DNA of 64,000 nucleotides from an uncultured bacterium (GTDB lineage: Bacteria; SAR324; NAC60-12): assembly GCA_965662235.1 (NCBI GenBank), contig CBFIGY010000001.1:192001-256000 (forward strand), in the 5' to 3' direction. Below, one piece after another: positions 9,513 to 18,783 of the stretch (position 1 is its first letter; every line of letters begins with the position of its first letter). The translations under genes were made by a program, and so were the position numbers. The notes beneath the pieces are model-generated. The model saw nothing but the letters and a program-made list of their open reading frames with translations. It did not search any database and was not told the DNA's origin.

Positions 9513-10163
9513 ATGAAAGCGTTTCTTTCACTGTGCCTGCTCCTCCTTTCAGGCTCCCTCTTGGCCCAGACTCCCGGGGCCCAACGCAACGAACACCTCC
9601 ACGGAATTGGATTTGGCCTTGAGGCACCTGGCATTGCGCTGTCGTATGACCTCACCCTGGGGGCGCCTCTGCAGCTTCACTTCTTTGGCGCCCTCAACAC
9701 CGACCAGTCGTCCTCCCTCCTGAGCGGCACCAGCATCCAGACCACCCGACGCCTGACGGGAATCTCGGTGCGCTTCTTCCCCAGCGAAGAGTACGGCGTG
9801 TTCATTGGCCTAGGCGGCGGTGCCTTTTCCGCGAAGCAGACGGTGGATCAGTCCATCACCTGCTCCTCGGTTTTCACAGCACTCAATCCGGACATCTGTA
9901 CGGGAAACGAAGGAACCACGCTGTCTCAGACCACCGAGTCTGAACTTTCGGGAACAGCAGGTTTTGGGGAAATCGGATGGCAGGGCAATTACGGCATCTA
10001 CGTCACGCTGGGCGCACGAGTGGGAACCCTCTCCGTCGCCGATGAAACCGACCGGACGGATCAGGTGCTGGATGCCTCAGACGATCGCGCAACCGCTGAC
10101 GACCAGTGGACCAGTGCTCAGCACCTGAGCGGAGCCGTCGTCACCGTTGGAGTGGCGTTTTAG
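9513..10163 (+). CDS. Outer-membrane beta-barrel protein (hypothetical)
   Basis: Signal peptide, alternating amphipathic strands, terminal Phe (VTVGVAF); GAGG RBS. Confidence 0.7.
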   Translation: MKAFLSLCLLLLSGSLLAQTPGAQRNEHLHGIGFGLEAPGIALSYDLTLGAPLQLHFFGALNTDQSSSLLSGTSIQTTRRLTGISVRFFPSEEYGVFIGLGGGAFSAKQTVDQSITCSSVFTALNPDICTGNEGTTLSQTTESELSGTAGFGEIGWQGNYGIYVTLGARVGTLSVADETDRTDQVLDASDDRATADDQWTSAQHLSGAVVTVGVAF

Positions 10164-12135
10164 GCGCCTCTCCTTCACCGGAGCCGCCACCCGAGGCCTG
10201 CAGCTGCTGCAGAAGGTCCGGGATGTGCGCTGCACGGTTGCTGTAGACGGCTTCCCGAATGCTCTGGGCCAGCTGAAGCAGGGGCGTGTCATATCCCTGA
10301 CAGAGGCGCTCCAAAGCGTCAGCTTGCTCCACCAGCTGAACCGACTGAAACACCGGAAGGCTCTGGAGCACTGCGATGATCCGTTGCGCCTGACGGCAGC
10401 GTTCCGGGGGCAAAGGGGGAACCTCAGACGGAACCTCGGGCAACAAGGTCGTCAGGGTTTGCTCCAGCTCCTCGAGAAGCAGCGGCTTTGTCAAGAAAGC
10501 ATTGGCGCCAGCCTCCTGAGCCTGGTGCTGCGCCTCTGGAAACACATCCGCTGTGCAGGCGACAATCGGTAACGTCAGACCCGCCTCTCGGATGGCCCGA
10601 ATGGCTGACCAACCGTCCAGACGCGGCAGGTGCAGGTCCATCAGAATGAGATCAAACGGCTCGGCGCTGGCCTGCTGCACACCAGAGCAGCCATCTTCCG
10701 CAAATGTGACTGAGTGCCCCAGCTCCTTCAACAGCTGTTCCGCAATCTGCCGGTTCATCGCGTGATCCTCCACCACCAAAACACGAGCGCCGGTGGTACG
10801 CCGAGCAGGCGGTCCGAGGAACCTGCCGTGCACCGATTCCTGACTGCGGCACGGCAGCGTCAGGGTGAAGGTGGTGCCGGTCTCAGGCGTGCTCTCCAGT
10901 TCAATCTGAGTCTGTAGCAGCTGACACAGCTCCCAGACAATCGCGAGCCCCAGCCCGACCCCTCCGTGCTCCCGCAAGACGGAACCATCTCCCTGCACAA
11001 ACGGCTGGAAGACCTGCAGCCGTTGCTCCTCCGGAATGCCCGGACCCTCATCACGAACCCGAAGCACCAGCTCTCCCGGACGCCAGTCAGCTTCCAGCCA
11101 AACGGAGGTGTTGGGGTGAGTGAACTTGATGGCATTTCCCACTAGGTTCGACAGAATCTGGTGGAGCTTCAGGCGGTCGGTTTCCACCACCTTGGGTACC
11201 TGCGAGCTCAGGGCATAACGCAGCGTAACCGACTTGCTCTGGGCGCTGTTGAGGTGGGAGTGGTAGAGGTGCCGGAGGAAGTCCTGCACCTGAATGGGCT
11301 CCTGCTGCACCTCCATGCGTCCGGACTCAATCCGAGAGAGATCCAGGACATGGTCCACCAGCTCCCGTAAGGTGGCACTGCTGTTGAGAATGCTCTCGAG
11401 CGGCTGCACCAGCTCCGGATCGGCCTGCACCTCTGGGCGGCGTAACAGCAACTGCGTAAATCCGGAAATGGCATTGAGGGGGGTTCGGAACTCGTGACTC
11501 ATGTTTGCCAGAAAGCGTGTTTTGCTGGCGTTGGCTTGCTCTGCCGCTTCCTTGGCCTCAGCCAAAGCAGCCTCGGCCCGCTGACGCTCCGCCAGCTCAA
11601 TCTGGAACTGCTCCCGCAGCACCTCGATTTCCAGCGGCTCCGGCGTCAAAAGAGCCGCAAACGGAGGCGTTCCCTGCCGCTCTTGCTCTGCCAGGCGACG
11701 GACATGAGCCACCGCCTGAGCTTCACGAGCGTGAAAACTGACGTTCAGATCCGGAGTGAAGAGCGTCACAAAGCGTCCCAGCCCCCGCCACACGCCTGAA
11801 GCTTCAATGAAAGCAATTCCTCCCAGACGGTCTCGGGTCAGTTCAGCCTCCTGCTTCATGCGCTTCCGGGCCCCAGAGGCGAAGGTGACGGTTCCGGACA
11901 CCACCGTGTAACAACGGCAGGGCGCCTGATGCTGCACCAACGCATCCAGCACGCGGTCTCGGATGGCAAACTCCCCCCTTAGCGCCTCTTCGTCAATGTG
12001 CCCAGCAAGCCGAATGCGGAACAGTGTGCCCTCAAGGTGCTCGGTAACCGTGGTGTAGCTTCCGTTTGGATGAGTGTAGCGTAATTCATGGGGCTGGATG
12101 CCCAAGCGCTCCAGCGTGATCTCTTCCCAACGCAT
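10141..12135 (-). CDS. Cytoplasmic hybrid sensor histidine kinase/response regulator
   Basis: Likely start 12135 (MRWEE; TGATG overlap with upstream gene). H-box FLANMSHEFRTPLN, N-box NLVGNAIKFT, DEGPGI, GGVGLGL; receiver with DLILMD and KP. Confidence 0.93.
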   Translation of the reverse strand: MRWEEITLERLGIQPHELRYTHPNGSYTTVTEHLEGTLFRIRLAGHIDEEALRGEFAIRDRVLDALVQHQAPCRCYTVVSGTVTFASGARKRMKQEAELTRDRLGGIAFIEASGVWRGLGRFVTLFTPDLNVSFHAREAQAVAHVRRLAEQERQGTPPFAALLTPEPLEIEVLREQFQIELAERQRAEAALAEAKEAAEQANASKTRFLANMSHEFRTPLNAISGFTQLLLRRPEVQADPELVQPLESILNSSATLRELVDHVLDLSRIESGRMEVQQEPIQVQDFLRHLYHSHLNSAQSKSVTLRYALSSQVPKVVETDRLKLHQILSNLVGNAIKFTHPNTSVWLEADWRPGELVLRVRDEGPGIPEEQRLQVFQPFVQGDGSVLREHGGVGLGLAIVWELCQLLQTQIELESTPETGTTFTLTLPCRSQESVHGRFLGPPARRTTGARVLVVEDHAMNRQIAEQLLKELGHSVTFAEDGCSGVQQASAEPFDLILMDLHLPRLDGWSAIRAIREAGLTLPIVACTADVFPEAQHQAQEAGANAFLTKPLLLEELEQTLTTLLPEVPSEVPPLPPERCRQAQRIIAVLQSLPVFQSVQLVEQADALERLCQGYDTPLLQLAQSIREAVYSNRAAHIPDLLQQLQASGGGSGEGEAPKTPLQR

Positions 12136-13016
12136 CAGGATGGTCGCAGCAAGGCATCCAGCTCCTCCAGCTTCAGGCGAAGACGGAGGTCCAGATCCGG
12201 GTCCGGAAGTTTCAGGCGCAGGACATAGGTGGCGGTCTGGACCACGTTGCGCCAACGGGGATGCCGAGGCAGTCGGTCGAGGGAGAGGTACTTGTCCAGC
12301 GTACGGGGATAGGCTCCTCCGTCTGGGTCATGAGAGACGGTCCAGAGTCCACTGGCTTCTGCCAACTCAACCACTCCCGCACCGGTTCCCGACTCCCAGA
12401 GCCGCACCGCAAGCTGAAGGGTCTCCACCAGCAACCGTCTCACAGAAGGCGGCTCTGCTGCTGCTGGAGGAAGCAAGTCTGGCAGCTCTGCAAACGCGCC
12501 CCCCTGCTCCTCTGTTGCCACTGGACCTGTGCGAGGAAGCAGCCCCTGGATTTCGCGGACCAGCTGGTCCATCTCCCCCAAACGCTGCTGGACCACCTGA
12601 TTCACCTTCCGCTGCGTTTCCAGCTCGCGCAGCAAGCGCCGTTGCAGGCGTTCCAGACGCAGCGCGGCCCCAACGCGAGCCCGAAACTCCACGGCCCCAA
12701 TCGGCTTACGCAAAAAGTCCCGGGCTCCAGCATCCAAGCACTCTGCCAAGAGGCCCTCGGAGTCGTCAGCAGTGATCATGATGACAGGAAGGCGCCGGTA
12801 CTCCGGATGCCCCTGCAGGCGCTGAAGCAGCTCCATCCCGCCACCTTGAGGAAAGTGGACGTCGAGCAGCAGCAGCTCAATCGCCTCCTGCGCCAAAATG
12901 GCATCCACAAACTCCAGCCCCAACGCAAACTGACAGGTGTGTCCGGACTGACGAACCAGAACCTGAAGCTGCTGCACGGTCGCTGCGTCATCATCGACAA
13001 TCAGTAGTTTGGCCAT
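12135..13016 (-). CDS. Response regulator with uncharacterised C-terminal output domain
   Basis: Receiver LIVDDD...LLLLD...MITA...FLRKP, then coiled coil and a non-HTH-looking C-terminal domain. Confidence 0.88.
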   Translation of the reverse strand: MAKLLIVDDDAATVQQLQVLVRQSGHTCQFALGLEFVDAILAQEAIELLLLDVHFPQGGGMELLQRLQGHPEYRRLPVIMITADDSEGLLAECLDAGARDFLRKPIGAVEFRARVGAALRLERLQRRLLRELETQRKVNQVVQQRLGEMDQLVREIQGLLPRTGPVATEEQGGAFAELPDLLPPAAAEPPSVRRLLVETLQLAVRLWESGTGAGVVELAEASGLWTVSHDPDGGAYPRTLDKYLSLDRLPRHPRWRNVVQTATYVLRLKLPDPDLDLRLRLKLEELDALLRPS

Positions 13017-13194
13017 GCCCCCTCACAACAGATGAATCAGAAAACGAGTTCTAAGGGGTTCCCCTGCGCATTTCAAGTCCGGGCCCCCGTTTTACAGGTT
13101 TTTACAGAAACCAACAGGGAACTGGATTGAGCCTGAAGCTTCTTTTCTTGACGATACCGTTTTTGTCCGAATTCCTCCTTTCCGAAAGGTCCTC

Positions 13195-14376
13195 ATGAAC
13201 AAGCTCTTCCTCCTCTTTGCCCTGGGAGCCAGCCTTGCGTTGGCCGGTTGCAGTGACAGCAGCAGCAACGACGCGCCAGCGTCTACCGAATCGGGGTCGG
13301 CGATGACCACCGCCTTTGTCACCACCACAACCACCATGGACACCGTGGCCAACCTCAGTCCCTCTGCCCGTAGCGCCGGCAAGGGATTTAGCGACAACGG
13401 CACCAACCTCTGGACCACCCCTGCAGGAGACGTCTTCTGGGACGACACTGCCAGCTCCCCCACGCTCATCAGCCCCAAGGACTGGATGGCCATTCAGCTC
13501 GATACGGATGCGGAACGGAGTAGTAACGGATCCAAGATTTCTATTTTTGGACGCTTCCGGGAGGCCCTTACCTTCTTCTGCGCTGTCGGACTTGGGTTGG
13601 ACAGCACGCAGCTGGACGTCAACAACTACCCCAATGACGGCACCCTGACCTTAACCGTTACAGCCCCCCTTGCCGAGGCCTTTACACAGTACTGTGGCAT
13701 TGCAGACGCAGCCAACTTTGTCGGAGGCTCCCTTCAGCTTCAGGTCAGCACCCCCAGTGATACCACCACCTACGACAAGCAGGTGGTACTCACGCTGCCC
13801 ACCGGAGGCACCCAGACCTTTCTCCTCCGCTCCAATGAAAGTGAAATCAACGTGGCCACGCTGGAAGTCAACAGCGACGGCATCAGTCGTACTGTCGTTG
13901 ATTATGACCTGAGCACCTACCTGCTGAAGGTCGAGTACCTCTCGGCTCCGGACAACACCACGCTGAGCAATGGAGACACCCTTTACACCTACCGCCTGCT
14001 CCTTGATCAAGCAACCGACCAGGCCTACCTGATGATGGGTTTTCATCAACAAGACTCGACCAGCAAGGACGTGCGCTACATCCTCGCAGGGATGCCGACC
14101 TTTGGCAGCAAGTACTCCCTGACCATGGAGTCCAGTGCTCTGAATACCGGATCCTACCAGGCCTGTGTCAGTGCCAGAAATGGCGACCTCGAGGCTGACA
14201 ATGCCAGCTGCGGCGTCAGCACAACCACCATTGCCGGAGTCGATGTCGATGGGTCTGTGGTTGACACCTTTGTCAACAACTGGGATCACACTCAGTACCG
14301 AACCATCGGAGCCGGTACCACTCAGCTCACTTTCAGCAAAACCGATTTTGCCAGTGCCGCCTTCAGTCAGGATTAA
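13195..14376 (+). CDS. Hypothetical surface lipoprotein
   Basis: Lipobox LAGC followed by Ser/Thr linker; Thr/Ser/Asp-rich beta content; AAGG RBS. Confidence 0.8.
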   Translation: MNKLFLLFALGASLALAGCSDSSSNDAPASTESGSAMTTAFVTTTTTMDTVANLSPSARSAGKGFSDNGTNLWTTPAGDVFWDDTASSPTLISPKDWMAIQLDTDAERSSNGSKISIFGRFREALTFFCAVGLGLDSTQLDVNNYPNDGTLTLTVTAPLAEAFTQYCGIADAANFVGGSLQLQVSTPSDTTTYDKQVVLTLPTGGTQTFLLRSNESEINVATLEVNSDGISRTVVDYDLSTYLLKVEYLSAPDNTTLSNGDTLYTYRLLLDQATDQAYLMMGFHQQDSTSKDVRYILAGMPTFGSKYSLTMESSALNTGSYQACVSARNGDLEADNASCGVSTTTIAGVDVDGSVVDTFVNNWDHTQYRTIGAGTTQLTFSKTDFASAAFSQD

Positions 14377-14584
14377 CCAGAACCTCAGACGCTGAGATTG
14401 GCAAGAAAACAGCCCTCCCTCTTCTCGGACGGATTCGGCTTCAGAGGCGCCCGGAAGAGCTCTTTTTTCAGCAAGCAAGCTTGAGGGAGGGATCACGTGT
14501 CAAATGATCGAATTATTTGGATTCTTTACTAAAAACCCAATAACCTAGTTCCACTGTTTCCCGCCTTGTTCGATTCAGGTTATC

Positions 14585-15220
14585 GTGATCGCTCGTCGTC
14601 TTGTCCTTGCAGTCCTGACCCTGGTGTTCAGCTCCGGAGTGCTCCTTGCTCAGGAGGTTGTTGAACTCCTAGGAGGCAGCGCTGAACTTCAGAGAGGTCG
14701 CCGCCTCATTGCGCTCACCGATCGTCCGGAACTTCTGGAAGCCGGAGACGTGCTGAGGACGTTTGCCGAAGGAAGGCTGCAGCTGCAACTCCGCAGTGGA
14801 GACACCCTCACGCTTGCTCCCCGCACCGAAACCCGCTACGAGCCGTCTTCCACGACCTCCAATGCCTTTACCCTCACGCTGGAAGGGCAGGTTTTGGCAC
14901 GAATTGCCACCCTGCCGCAGGCGCGCCAAGTGAACATCCGGACGCCCAACGCGGTGGTCTCGGTACGGGGGACGGAGTTTGTGGTGCAGTTCCTTCAGCA
15001 GGAAACCGCGGTGGGCACCCTAGAGGGGCTGGTGGAACTGACGGCGCCCGATGGAGCATCAGTGGAGGTTCCGGCAGGAAGCCGCTCAGGCGTCAATGCC
15101 TCTGGGACCGTGCTACCGCTCTCCGCGTTTGCCGGTGAGATGCTCAAGGACTTCGAATTTGCCGGCGAGCAGATGGATGCCGGAGGCGCCGCGGGAGAGC
15201 GTATTGACCTGAGTCGTTAA
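14585..15220 (+). CDS. FecR-domain periplasmic protein
   Basis: Signal peptide; GDVLRT...IRTPNAVVSVRGTEF...LEGLVEL, typical of standalone FecR-domain proteins. Confidence 0.85.
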   Translation: MIARRLVLAVLTLVFSSGVLLAQEVVELLGGSAELQRGRRLIALTDRPELLEAGDVLRTFAEGRLQLQLRSGDTLTLAPRTETRYEPSSTTSNAFTLTLEGQVLARIATLPQARQVNIRTPNAVVSVRGTEFVVQFLQQETAVGTLEGLVELTAPDGASVEVPAGSRSGVNASGTVLPLSAFAGEMLKDFEFAGEQMDAGGAAGERIDLSR

Positions 15221-15241
15221 ATCTGCAACTGAGACTCTGCC

Positions 15242-16477
15242 ATGTTGACGCGCATCTGGCCAGCACTCCTGCTGGCTTTTTTCCTGGGCCTTCCGCTGCA
15301 TGCCGCGGACCTCTTCCAGCTCACCGTCACCTCTGGCGGAACCTCAGAGCAGAAGAGCTATGCCACAGCAGGTGACCTTCCGGACTATGACACCATTCAG
15401 CAACAGTTCAGCAATGTGAGCAGCTGGAGCACCAGTGCGCTAGACCTCACCCTCAACTACCGGGGCATCAACCTGGTGGCCAATTATGCCCAGAACAGCA
15501 CCACCGTTGAGTTTGAGATTCCTGACCTGAACCGCTCCTGGACCTTCTCCGGAAGCACCCGGACCGATAGCTGGGATCAGCTGTCCGATGCCCTTTCCCA
15601 GCAAGAAGACCTAGTCAATCAGCTCCTGCAGCTGATGGCCAAGACGACGCCGAATGACCCGGTTGCCGGAAATCCTTCCAGCCTCATGGATGGTCTGGTG
15701 AACACGGACTTCAACTCCGTCTTCGTCACCACAGACGCCCCTCCCATTTCTCCGGTCAGTTCGGGGACCGCGACGATCGCTCAAGACACCTCTGACGCCA
15801 ACCAGGCCCCCAACACGGCAGGAGTTGGCTTGGGCTACAGCAGCTACAAGCAGGGCGACTCCAACGTCAGCACAACGCTGCTCCCGCTCTCGTACACCTG
15901 GGTGCTGGATTCACTCGGCGACCGGACCCTCACTTTCCGGTTTCCCCTCTCCCAAGTTGAAGTCGATGGCGTGTCCGGATACGCCCTAGGGCTCGGGCTG
16001 AGCTACGCCCACAAGGTGAACTCCAACTGGTCCCTGACCCCGGCTCTCAATTACGGAGTCACGGCTTCAGAAGGCTTGGGTTCCGGAGGAGCACTCCTCA
16101 GCCTGGCGGTCACCAGCATCTACGACCTTGAGTTGAGCCCGATCACCTTGCGCTTCGGCAACCAGGTCGGGCACTATCAATCTCAACCCCTCAACGTTGG
16201 AGGCACCACCTACGACGCCAACCTCTCCAACGTCGCCTTCCGGAACGGAATCATCGTTCAGTTTCCTACCGACCAGTGGGTGGCGGACTCACAAATTGAA
16301 CCTTACCTCATTGATACCCGCTACACCGGAACCGAACTGTACATCATGCAGTACTACGAGTTTGGTCTCACCTTCAACGGGTGGCTCTTCCCCGGGTCCT
16401 TCCTGACCCTTAACCAACTCAGCGCTGAAGAAGGCAAGGCCAGCGGAACCAGCCTGCTCTTCCGGACCCTGTTCTGA
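15242..16477 (+). CDS. Outer-membrane protein: N-terminal domain plus C-terminal beta-barrel
   Basis: Signal peptide (LPLHA); linker DPVAGNPSSLM; amphipathic strands; terminal Phe. Confidence 0.7.
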   Translation: MLTRIWPALLLAFFLGLPLHAADLFQLTVTSGGTSEQKSYATAGDLPDYDTIQQQFSNVSSWSTSALDLTLNYRGINLVANYAQNSTTVEFEIPDLNRSWTFSGSTRTDSWDQLSDALSQQEDLVNQLLQLMAKTTPNDPVAGNPSSLMDGLVNTDFNSVFVTTDAPPISPVSSGTATIAQDTSDANQAPNTAGVGLGYSSYKQGDSNVSTTLLPLSYTWVLDSLGDRTLTFRFPLSQVEVDGVSGYALGLGLSYAHKVNSNWSLTPALNYGVTASEGLGSGGALLSLAVTSIYDLELSPITLRFGNQVGHYQSQPLNVGGTTYDANLSNVAFRNGIIVQFPTDQWVADSQIEPYLIDTRYTGTELYIMQYYEFGLTFNGWLFPGSFLTLNQLSAEEGKASGTSLLFRTLF

Positions 16478-16569
16478 CCCTCCATTCACACCGGCAGGCC
16501 GTTCTCTGAGCGGCCGCCTTCCTGCTCCCCGAAACCGCACTCATTTTCCTCTTGCATGGTTTTGCTAAC

Positions 16570-16594
16570 TTAGTAAATTAGTATTTACTAATTT
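16570..16594. promoter_or_regulatory. Overlapping AT-rich palindromes, candidate metal-responsive operator
   Basis: TTAGTAAAT-tagt-ATTTACTAA (16570-16591) and AAATTAGTA-tt-TACTAATTT (16575-16594), about 30 bp upstream of the Fe3+-binding protein gene. Confidence 0.65.
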
Positions 16595-16624
16595 TAGTGT
16601 TAACTCATTCTAAGGATTAAGGTC

Positions 16625-17650
16625 ATGTGGAGAAAGTGGGCGGGAGCCCTTGCAGCGTTAGTGGTGGGAACTTCCGCCTGGGGAACCGAAATCAATGTCC
16701 TTTCAGAGCGTCAGGAATTCCTGCTGCGGCCGTTTCTGGATCGTTTTGAGCAAGAGACAGGCATTGAGGTCAACGTCTCGTATCTGGGCAAGGGGATGCT
16801 CGAGCGGTTGCAGCAACAGCCCGGAGCCATCGACCTAGTCCTGACCACCGACATCGCCAACCTGAATGCAATGGCCGAAGCAGGACTCTTCCAACCCTAT
16901 GAATCTGCGATCATTGAGAAAAACGTTCCTGCTCCGTTTCAGGATCCGGGAAATCGCTGGACGGCGCTCACGGCCCGGGCGCGGATCATTTACTACTCCT
17001 TGGATCGAGTGCAGCCCGAGGAGCTCAATCGGTATGAAGACCTCGCGGATCCCAAGTGGAAGGAACGGATCTGCGTCCGCTCCGGATACCACAACTACAA
17101 CGTTGCGTTGGTCGCGTCGTTAATTGAGCACCATGGCGAAGCCGCCACACGAGCCTGGCTAGAGGGTCTGAAGGAAAACCTCGCTCGGCGCCCGCAAGGC
17201 AACGACCGTGGTCAGGTGAAGGCCATTTATGAGGGACTTTGTGACCTCTCTTTGGGGAACACGTACTACATGGGCGCCATGCTTGCCGACCCCGAACAGC
17301 AGAGTTGGGCCAATGCCGTTGGAATCTTCTTCCCCAATCAGGAAGCCCAGGGGACGCACATGAATGTCTCCGGAGGTGCCTTGGTTCAAGAGGGACAGCA
17401 CCTTCCGGAGGCCCTGAAGCTGCTGGAGTTTCTGACAGAGGAAGAAGCGCAGTACCGGTATGCTCAGGTTAATCATGAGTATCCGGTCCGCCCGGGAACG
17501 CCGCTCTCTGAAATCGTCCGGAACTTTGGAAAGGAGCAACCCGGCGTGCAAGATGGCGTCTTCCGGCAAGACTCCCTGGCGTTGAGCAAGATCGCCCATC
17601 GTCGCACCGAAGCCATCCAGCTTCTTGACGAGGTCGGCTTCGATCAGTGA
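16625..17650 (+). CDS. Fe(III) ABC transporter substrate-binding protein (FutA/AfuA family)
   Basis: ICVRSGYHNYN, NLARRPQGNDRGQVKAI, GNTYY (iron-binding tyrosines), GTHMNVSG, NHEYPV. Confidence 0.93.
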   Translation: MWRKWAGALAALVVGTSAWGTEINVLSERQEFLLRPFLDRFEQETGIEVNVSYLGKGMLERLQQQPGAIDLVLTTDIANLNAMAEAGLFQPYESAIIEKNVPAPFQDPGNRWTALTARARIIYYSLDRVQPEELNRYEDLADPKWKERICVRSGYHNYNVALVASLIEHHGEAATRAWLEGLKENLARRPQGNDRGQVKAIYEGLCDLSLGNTYYMGAMLADPEQQSWANAVGIFFPNQEAQGTHMNVSGGALVQEGQHLPEALKLLEFLTEEEAQYRYAQVNHEYPVRPGTPLSEIVRNFGKEQPGVQDGVFRQDSLALSKIAHRRTEAIQLLDEVGFDQ

Positions 17651-17706
17651 ACACCCAATCGGATCTTCTCAGAACCGGATGAACGTCTGCCTCCGGAAGC
17701 CCTGCC

Positions 17707-18669
17707 TCAGATCTCCGCTGTGACCAGGGCTTCAGCTTCTCGACGGGCCACATCTGCCAGCGGCGTGCTGAGGTAACGTTCGGCAAAGCTGGCGCAGATC
17801 ACCACCACCTTCTTGCCGCTCATCTCCGGACGAGCCCCCACCTGCAACGCCGCCCAGATGGCCGCCCCAGAAGAGATCCCCACCGGGATGCCTTCCACCA
17901 GGCCCATCTTTTGAGCCGTCTCAAAGGCGTCTTCATTGCTCACCTGAACCACCTCATCCAGAATGTCCACGTTCAGGTTCTGAGGAATGAAGCCTGCTCC
18001 AATGCCCTGGATTTTGTGAGGGCCCGGCTGTCCGCCACTGATCACTGGGCTGGCCGTCGGCTCCACCGCAATCGCTCGAAAGCTCGGCTTCCGGGCCTTG
18101 ATGACTTCCGCCACTCCGGTGATCGTTCCTCCAGTCCCCACGCCGGCCACCAGCGCATCCACTTCACCGTTGGTGTCATTCCAGATCTCCAGCGCGGTGG
18201 TCTGACGGTGCACTTCCGGATTGGCGGGATTGTTAAACTGCTGAGGCATGAACCCCCGGGCGCCCTGTTCAGCGACAATCTGCTCAGCTTTGGCAATCGC
18301 TCCGTTCATGCCTCGAGCCCCAGGCGTCAGAACAATCTCTGCGCCTAGCATCCGGAAGAGGATGCGCCGTTCCACCGACATGGTCTCGGGCATGGTCAGA
18401 ATCAACCGATAGTTTCGAGCGGCGCAGGCAAACGCCAATCCAATTCCGGTGTTTCCAGAGGTCGGTTCCACAACCACCCCGTCCGCGGGAAGCACCCCTT
18501 GACTCTCTGCGGCGTTGATCATCGCCACTCCAATCCGGTCCTTGACGCTCGACATGGGGTTGAAGAACTCGCACTTGGCGTAAATTTCGGCCGCGCACCC
18601 TTCAGTCAATTTATTCAAACGAATCAACGGAGTATTTCCTACACTCCGGGTCACATCGGTTACCAGCAT
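17707..18669 (-). CDS. cysK: Cysteine synthase A
   Basis: [11 protein letters not shown] (PLP lysine), [35 protein letters not shown]. Confidence 0.96.
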   Translation of the reverse strand: MLVTDVTRSVGNTPLIRLNKLTEGCAAEIYAKCEFFNPMSSVKDRIGVAMINAAESQGVLPADGVVVEPTSGNTGIGLAFACAARNYRLILTMPETMSVERRILFRMLGAEIVLTPGARGMNGAIAKAEQIVAEQGARGFMPQQFNNPANPEVHRQTTALEIWNDTNGEVDALVAGVGTGGTITGVAEVIKARKPSFRAIAVEPTASPVISGGQPGPHKIQGIGAGFIPQNLNVDILDEVVQVSNEDAFETAQKMGLVEGIPVGISSGAAIWAALQVGARPEMSGKKVVVICASFAERYLSTPLADVARREAEALVTAEI

Positions 18670-18739
18670 CGGTTCTGCTCCAGCTAAAGGTCCATCAAAA
18701 GGCAGAAAAACACACTCAAGTAGTGTTCCTCAAAGCCCG

Positions 18740-18782
18740 CCTAATTTCAATATATTAAATTTATTCTATTTTAAAGAAATCA
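18740..18782 (-). promoter_or_regulatory. Very AT-rich segment upstream of cysK (likely promoter/regulator site)
   Basis: CTAATTTCAATATATTAAATTTATTCTATTTTAAAGAAAT in an otherwise GC-rich region, between the modC stop and cysK start. Confidence 0.4.
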
Positions 18783-18783
18783 C

